Part shown: piece by piece, positions 58,295 to 64,000 of the stretch | How the letters are laid out: the number at the start of each line of letters is the position of its first letter | How positions within the stretch are numbered: the first letter of the stretch is position 1 | Made by a program: the position numbers and the translations under genes | Notes under the pieces: generated by a model | Database searches by the model: none | The model's input: the letters and a program-made list of their open reading frames with translations, nothing else | Told to the model about the DNA's origin: nothing | Source: Bacteroidia bacterium | GTDB lineage: Bacteria; Bacteroidota; Bacteroidia; NS11-12g; UBA955 | Reading direction: 5' to 3' | NCBI GenBank assembly: GCA_965659745.1 | Contig: CBFHXF010000005.1 | Location: forward strand, 7,913 to 71,912 | DNA: 64,000 nucleotides

Positions 58295-58935
58295 TGGTAA
58301 TGGTAGCTTTAGGTGGATTTATCGGATTGATTATCGTGATTTTTGGAGTAAGTGCTTTTAGTACCGGTTTAAAACCAGGCACTTTAGCGCTCATAGGATT
58401 GCCCGTGAGTGCGGCTATGCATTCCTTGCAAGAAAGTCAAGACTTTCGTGAAGAACGCATGTATGAAATGAATCAACAGCCAGACACTATTTATGGCGAT
58501 AAGGCTAGTGATCCTGCGGTTTTTTATTATGAAAATCCAGAAGGATCCGACGTCTTTGCCACCGAAGCCTACTACGATACTATGGCTTGTCCGGATTCTG
58601 AATTGTATCAAGGCACTTGGCGTTACACCCGAATTACTAAAAACGGTATCGATTTGGAATACGAGCAAGTGCGCCTTGTGACTACCCTTTCAGAAAACGA
58701 TACCATGCAGCTTAATTCTAATCGATTCCGATACGATATTGAGGCTCTGAATAAGCATTCGAATGGTATATTTGGCACCATTGAACTACATAATCGATGC
58801 GCCTTTAACTTTATGTATTTGGCGCCGGATGGAGAAACCGTTGAACAAATTCGGACTTTTGAAATTGACTATATAGATCAAGATTCCCTTTGTATATCAG
58901 AGGGACCTCTCGTATTTGAATACCGAAAAAAATGA
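58294..58935 (+). CDS. Hypothetical membrane-anchored protein (lipocalin-like C-terminal region)
   Basis: N-terminal TM. GTWRYTRITKNG resembles lipocalin-like domain starts. Translationally coupled on both sides (TAATG, ATGA). Confidence 0.45.
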   Translation: MVMVALGGFIGLIIVIFGVSAFSTGLKPGTLALIGLPVSAAMHSLQESQDFREERMYEMNQQPDTIYGDKASDPAVFYYENPEGSDVFATEAYYDTMACPDSELYQGTWRYTRITKNGIDLEYEQVRLVTTLSENDTMQLNSNRFRYDIEALNKHSNGIFGTIELHNRCAFNFMYLAPDGETVEQIRTFEIDYIDQDSLCISEGPLVFEYRKK

Positions 58936-59768
58936 TTTTAGAAACGCGCGTATATCACGAGGGCGACTGGTATAATCCTGCCAAAAAAGCGCCTCAGTTC
59001 GATTTTCGGTCGCGTATATATAAATACGGCGATGGGTTTTTCGAAAGCATGAAATTTTTCGGGGGAAGTATCCGTCACGCCCATCATCATACCGAACGCA
59101 TCAGGCGGTCGTTGATGCTGCTAAAGATGCCTGCTTCCGATATTTCTACCGATGAAATATTTCAGCTCATCGAAGATTACATAAAAGAATTGCAATGGAC
59201 GCAAGCCCGTATCCGGCTTTCTTATTACCGCGAAGCGGATGGATATTACACGCCTAGCAACAGCCGTTTGGGTTTCTTTATTGAAGTCAAACAAATGGAG
59301 AACGAGGGCTATCCCTTGAATGCCGAAGGATTGATTTTAGGCAATTACCATGAGTTGGTTAAAAACGAGAACTACCTGAGTTTGCTCAAAACCCAATCTT
59401 CGTTGATTTATGTGATGGCGGGATTACATGCCCAAGAGCAGGGTTGGAACGATTGTGTCATTTTCAATCAGGCAGGTCGGGTTTGCGAAACCGTTTCGAG
59501 CAATATTTTTTGCGTAAGCGGTGATTTCATACATACGCCTCCCCTATCCGAACACTGCATCGATGGGGTCATGCGCAGGGTGGTAATAGAAACGGCACAG
59601 GCCTACGGCTATCAGGTATCGGAGCGGCCCATTGCCGAAGTGGAATTAATGGCCGCCTCTGAGATATTTCTTACCAATGCCATTTCCGGCATTCAATGGG
59701 TGGGCAATTATATGGGGAAACCGCTTCACAACGGAACTGCCAAGTTATTAAGCCAGAGGTTGAACTGA
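58932..59768 (+). CDS. Class IV aminotransferase fold protein (PabC/ADC lyase-like)
   Basis: 278 aa. FFESMKF.. N-terminus and a C-terminal E..LTNAISGI motif typical of fold-type IV PLP enzymes. Confidence 0.7.
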   Translation: MILETRVYHEGDWYNPAKKAPQFDFRSRIYKYGDGFFESMKFFGGSIRHAHHHTERIRRSLMLLKMPASDISTDEIFQLIEDYIKELQWTQARIRLSYYREADGYYTPSNSRLGFFIEVKQMENEGYPLNAEGLILGNYHELVKNENYLSLLKTQSSLIYVMAGLHAQEQGWNDCVIFNQAGRVCETVSSNIFCVSGDFIHTPPLSEHCIDGVMRRVVIETAQAYGYQVSERPIAEVELMAASEIFLTNAISGIQWVGNYMGKPLHNGTAKLLSQRLN

Positions 59769-59772
59769 TTTT

Positions 59773-59887
59773 GTCCCGTAGTTAAAACTGTGGATCAAGT
59801 GGCACACTCCCAGTTGTTCCACGGTTAAAACTGTGGGTCGAGTAGCATACTCTCAGTTGTCCCACGGTTTTAACCGTGGGTTTTAGG
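59773..59887 (+). repeat. 2.6 tandem copies of a 43-nt hairpin-containing unit
   Basis: Unit 1 is 59773-59815, unit 2 is 59816-59858 (34/43 identical by hand alignment), and a partial unit 3 starts at 59859. Each unit carries CC(C)ACGGTT..AAC(C/T)GTGG. Confidence 0.75.
59861..59884 (+). terminator. Rho-independent terminator after the class IV aminotransferase gene
   Basis: CCCACGG-TTTTAA-CCGTGGG followed by TTTT. This is the third, perfect copy of the tandem unit. Confidence 0.65.
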
Positions 59888-59900
59888 GTTCTGCAATCTC

Positions 59901-60890
59901 CTACAAAAACTGCAACAACCCGACCAATAATACCACCTGTATTATAAATATCACGATTCCAAATCGCAAGCCGCGTTTACCCGCCTGCAATAACTTTTTA
60001 AAGCTTACTTTTAGTCCGATTCCCGCCATTGCGATGGTGAGAATAACGTTACCCGTGTAGGTGGCCGACTTTGAAATTTCCTGGGGAATCGAAACAACGG
60101 ATTGCAACAGCGATATCAATAAAAAACCGATTAGATACCAAGGCAATTGGAATTTGGTTTTTTCTCCTATGCCGGAATGGCGATTGCTTAAATAATTCAT
60201 CAAGAACAATCCCGGTGTCAATAAAGCTACCCGTGCCAATTTAACCGTTATGGCAATGTCACCCGCTCCTTTACCCAAAGCAAAACCTGCGCCCGCCACA
60301 TTTCCTACCGAATGAAGCGATGCCCCTACCAAAAATCCCATTTCGGCATCGGTCCACATCAATTTCAGCAATATAAAAGGCATTGCCAACATGCCTACGG
60401 TGCCAATTAAATTCACCACGGCCATGGCAATCGCCACGTCTTCTTTTTCTCCGTTTTTAAGGGATGGCGACAATGCCGCAATAGCCGATGAACCACAAAT
60501 AGCGGTTCCAAATCCGACTAAAAGTCCGGTATTGGTGGGACAATTAAATTTCTTCGACATAAAAAAAGTAGCAATGAGCACCACCAAAACGGTAATGGAA
60601 ATGGCTACAAAACTGCCGAGTCCAAGTCCCGCGATTTGACCGTAATTAATTCCAAAAGCCAGAAACACAATCGAAAGTTCGAGCATTTTAGCCGAAGCAA
60701 AGGCGATTCCCGATTCCCAATCTTGAGGAATATTTACCAAATTTCGGAGGGCCACACCTATTAATAAGGCCCACATGACGCTGTTCAAAAACGAAGGCGA
60801 ATACTGCGCAATGAGTATAGAAGCCGCGCCAATCAGTGCCGCGAATACAATTCCTTTTGAATTTTCTTTCCAGTTAATGGATTCCCACAT
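59901..60890 (-). CDS. yeiH: YeiH/UPF0324 family putative sulfate-exporter-type membrane protein
   Basis: 329 aa, ~10 TM, glycine-rich helices (GFGTAICGSSAIAA). Confidence 0.7.
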   Translation of the reverse strand: MWESINWKENSKGIVFAALIGAASILIAQYSPSFLNSVMWALLIGVALRNLVNIPQDWESGIAFASAKMLELSIVFLAFGINYGQIAGLGLGSFVAISITVLVVLIATFFMSKKFNCPTNTGLLVGFGTAICGSSAIAALSPSLKNGEKEDVAIAMAVVNLIGTVGMLAMPFILLKLMWTDAEMGFLVGASLHSVGNVAGAGFALGKGAGDIAITVKLARVALLTPGLFLMNYLSNRHSGIGEKTKFQLPWYLIGFLLISLLQSVVSIPQEISKSATYTGNVILTIAMAGIGLKVSFKKLLQAGKRGLRFGIVIFIIQVVLLVGLLQFL

Positions 60891-61053
60891 ACTAACTCCC
60901 TTTAGGAGTTACAAAGATGCGAGGAATTTGGGAATTAATTCGTGCCAAAAGTTACGCGCATCAACCCCGTTGAAAGTCTTACGAGAATGCTATTCAAAAA
61001 ACGCGAGGACTCATTTAAATGCTGAAGAATCCCTACAATTTATACCCTGTATT

Positions 61054-61983
61054 TCAAATCGGATTGACCAATACCATTTCAGAGGTGTTTTGTAACTTGG
61101 GCTGAATATCGGCCTGAATGGCTTTGAAAATATTATCTAAAACCGCTTTCTTCACAAAATGCTTGTGGTAAACCAAGCCTACTGATCTTACTGGTATGGG
61201 CGCTTGGAAGGGATAAAGCCGCTCCCCTGCTGATAAGGGCATGTCAATCACCGACAATTCCGGCAATAAGGTCATGCCTTTATTTTGTCGCACAAATCGG
61301 ATCAAACTGTCAATCGACCCCGCTCTAAAATGAAAATTATTGCGGTCTTTCTTGGTGTCAATATTGCAAATTTGTATGACTTGGTGACTCAAACAGTGGC
61401 CTTCTTCCATGAGCCAAAAACGCTGTGGATCGATGTCTGAGGCGTTCACCGATTTCCCCCGAGACATACCCGTGCAATCGTATAACACAAATCCTTCATT
61501 ATATATAGGTAATTCTCGTAAATCAGGGTCTTCAATAGGCAAAGCCAACAAACCCATATCGATTTCGCGATTTTTGATGGCATTCACGATGTTTTGGGTG
61601 GTCATTTCGCTGATGCTCACGCTCAACATGGGGAATTTTCGTGTGAAATTATCGAAAAAACTGGGCAGTACATAGGGCGCAATAGTAGGAATCACGCCCA
61701 AGTGGATGTTCCCTCGGATTTCCCCTTTGAGCGAAAAAACCATTTCTTTGAGCAAACTCACTTCCTGCGAAATGATACGCATCTGTTTTATCATTTCAAG
61801 TCCCTCCTTGGTAACGGTTACGGGCTTGGTGCTGCGATCGAAAAGCATGATACCCAGCTCGTCTTCCAAACGGGCAATCATGGTGCTGAGGGTAGATTGA
61901 CCGATATTGCATTTGTCGGCCGCCTCACTGAAATTGCCAGTATCCTTAACGGCGATAACATATTCTAATTGCTGTAAATTCAT
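61054..61983 (-). CDS. oxyR: LysR family regulator, OxyR (peroxide sensor)
   Basis: HTH LEYVIAV..FSEAADKC.IGQSTLS. The redox cysteine pair EGHCLSHQVIQIC has the same +9 spacing as E. coli C199/C208. Divergent from katG. Confidence 0.75.
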   Translation of the reverse strand: MNLQQLEYVIAVKDTGNFSEAADKCNIGQSTLSTMIARLEDELGIMLFDRSTKPVTVTKEGLEMIKQMRIISQEVSLLKEMVFSLKGEIRGNIHLGVIPTIAPYVLPSFFDNFTRKFPMLSVSISEMTTQNIVNAIKNREIDMGLLALPIEDPDLRELPIYNEGFVLYDCTGMSRGKSVNASDIDPQRFWLMEEGHCLSHQVIQICNIDTKKDRNNFHFRAGSIDSLIRFVRQNKGMTLLPELSVIDMPLSAGERLYPFQAPIPVRSVGLVYHKHFVKKAVLDNIFKAIQADIQPKLQNTSEMVLVNPI

Positions 61984-62021
61984 TTCGGGGGAAATTGATT
62001 TACAAATATAACATCTATATG

Positions 62022-62039
62022 GTAGATATTGCTATCTAC
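62022..62039. promoter_or_regulatory. Candidate OxyR operator palindrome
   Basis: GTAGATA-TTGC-TATCTAC, a perfect 7-bp inverted repeat in the oxyR-katG intergenic region. Flanked by CTAT (62015) and ATAG (62052) tetramers. Confidence 0.35.
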
Positions 62040-62079
62040 AAAATCGTTTTTATAGATTGTAAATCGGGGCGAACTTTGA

Positions 62080-64000
<1,921 letters not shown>

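Noticed and set aside
59800-59818. TGGCAC inside repeat unit 1 as a sigma-54 -24 element.
   Set aside because: No TTGC at the required distance (the sequence is TGGCAC-ACTCC-CAGT), and the site lies between convergent gene ends.
59773-59887. The tandem 43-nt units as a mini CRISPR array.
   Set aside because: The units are directly adjacent with no unique spacers. There are only 2.6 degenerate copies, no cas genes are in the window, and the last copy works as an ordinary terminator.

Overview
This window looks like a chromosomal segment from a Bacteroidota genome, probably Flavobacteriia-like. Three things point there: a T9SS C-terminal sorting domain, TAnnTTTG -7 promoter boxes, and an atpBEFHAG operon without atpDC. 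GC is roughly 40% by eye. All calls come from reading the ORF translations and the DNA; no database search was run.

Most of the window is densely packed housekeeping:
- Energy and central metabolism: F1Fo ATP synthase atpB-E-F-H-A-G (preceded by atpZ and a bactofilin gene), accD, gcvH, class I FBP aldolase, etfBA, and a split transketolase.
- Envelope: PBP1A, mpl, an LptF/G permease, and a PorW/SprE-like TPR lipoprotein.
- Other core genes: relA/spoT, mfd, L31 type B, tRNA-Cys, and oxyR divergent from a 3'-truncated katG.

The less ordinary parts are:
1. A cobalamin-riboswitch-controlled outer-membrane uptake locus: a TonB-dependent receptor, a T9SS-secreted DUF4465-like protein and a beta-propeller lipoprotein.
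2. A four-gene operon of YceI, a lipoprotein c-type cytochrome and two paralogous beta-barrels.
3. An AT-rich two-gene cassette (ParB/Srx-like plus a HAD phosphatase of the RNA-repair 'SAK' type) next to tRNA-Cys.
4. An uncharacterised large lipoprotein and an outer-membrane barrel with a disordered tail, divergent from a Crp/Fnr regulator, with repeated TCACCAA motifs in the shared intergenic region.
5. A secreted VWA protein wedged between the two halves of the split transketolase.
6. Several structured intergenic repeats.

I saw no CRISPR array, rRNA, transposase or integrase. I cannot single out one clearly novel system; the candidates are ranked in the findings.
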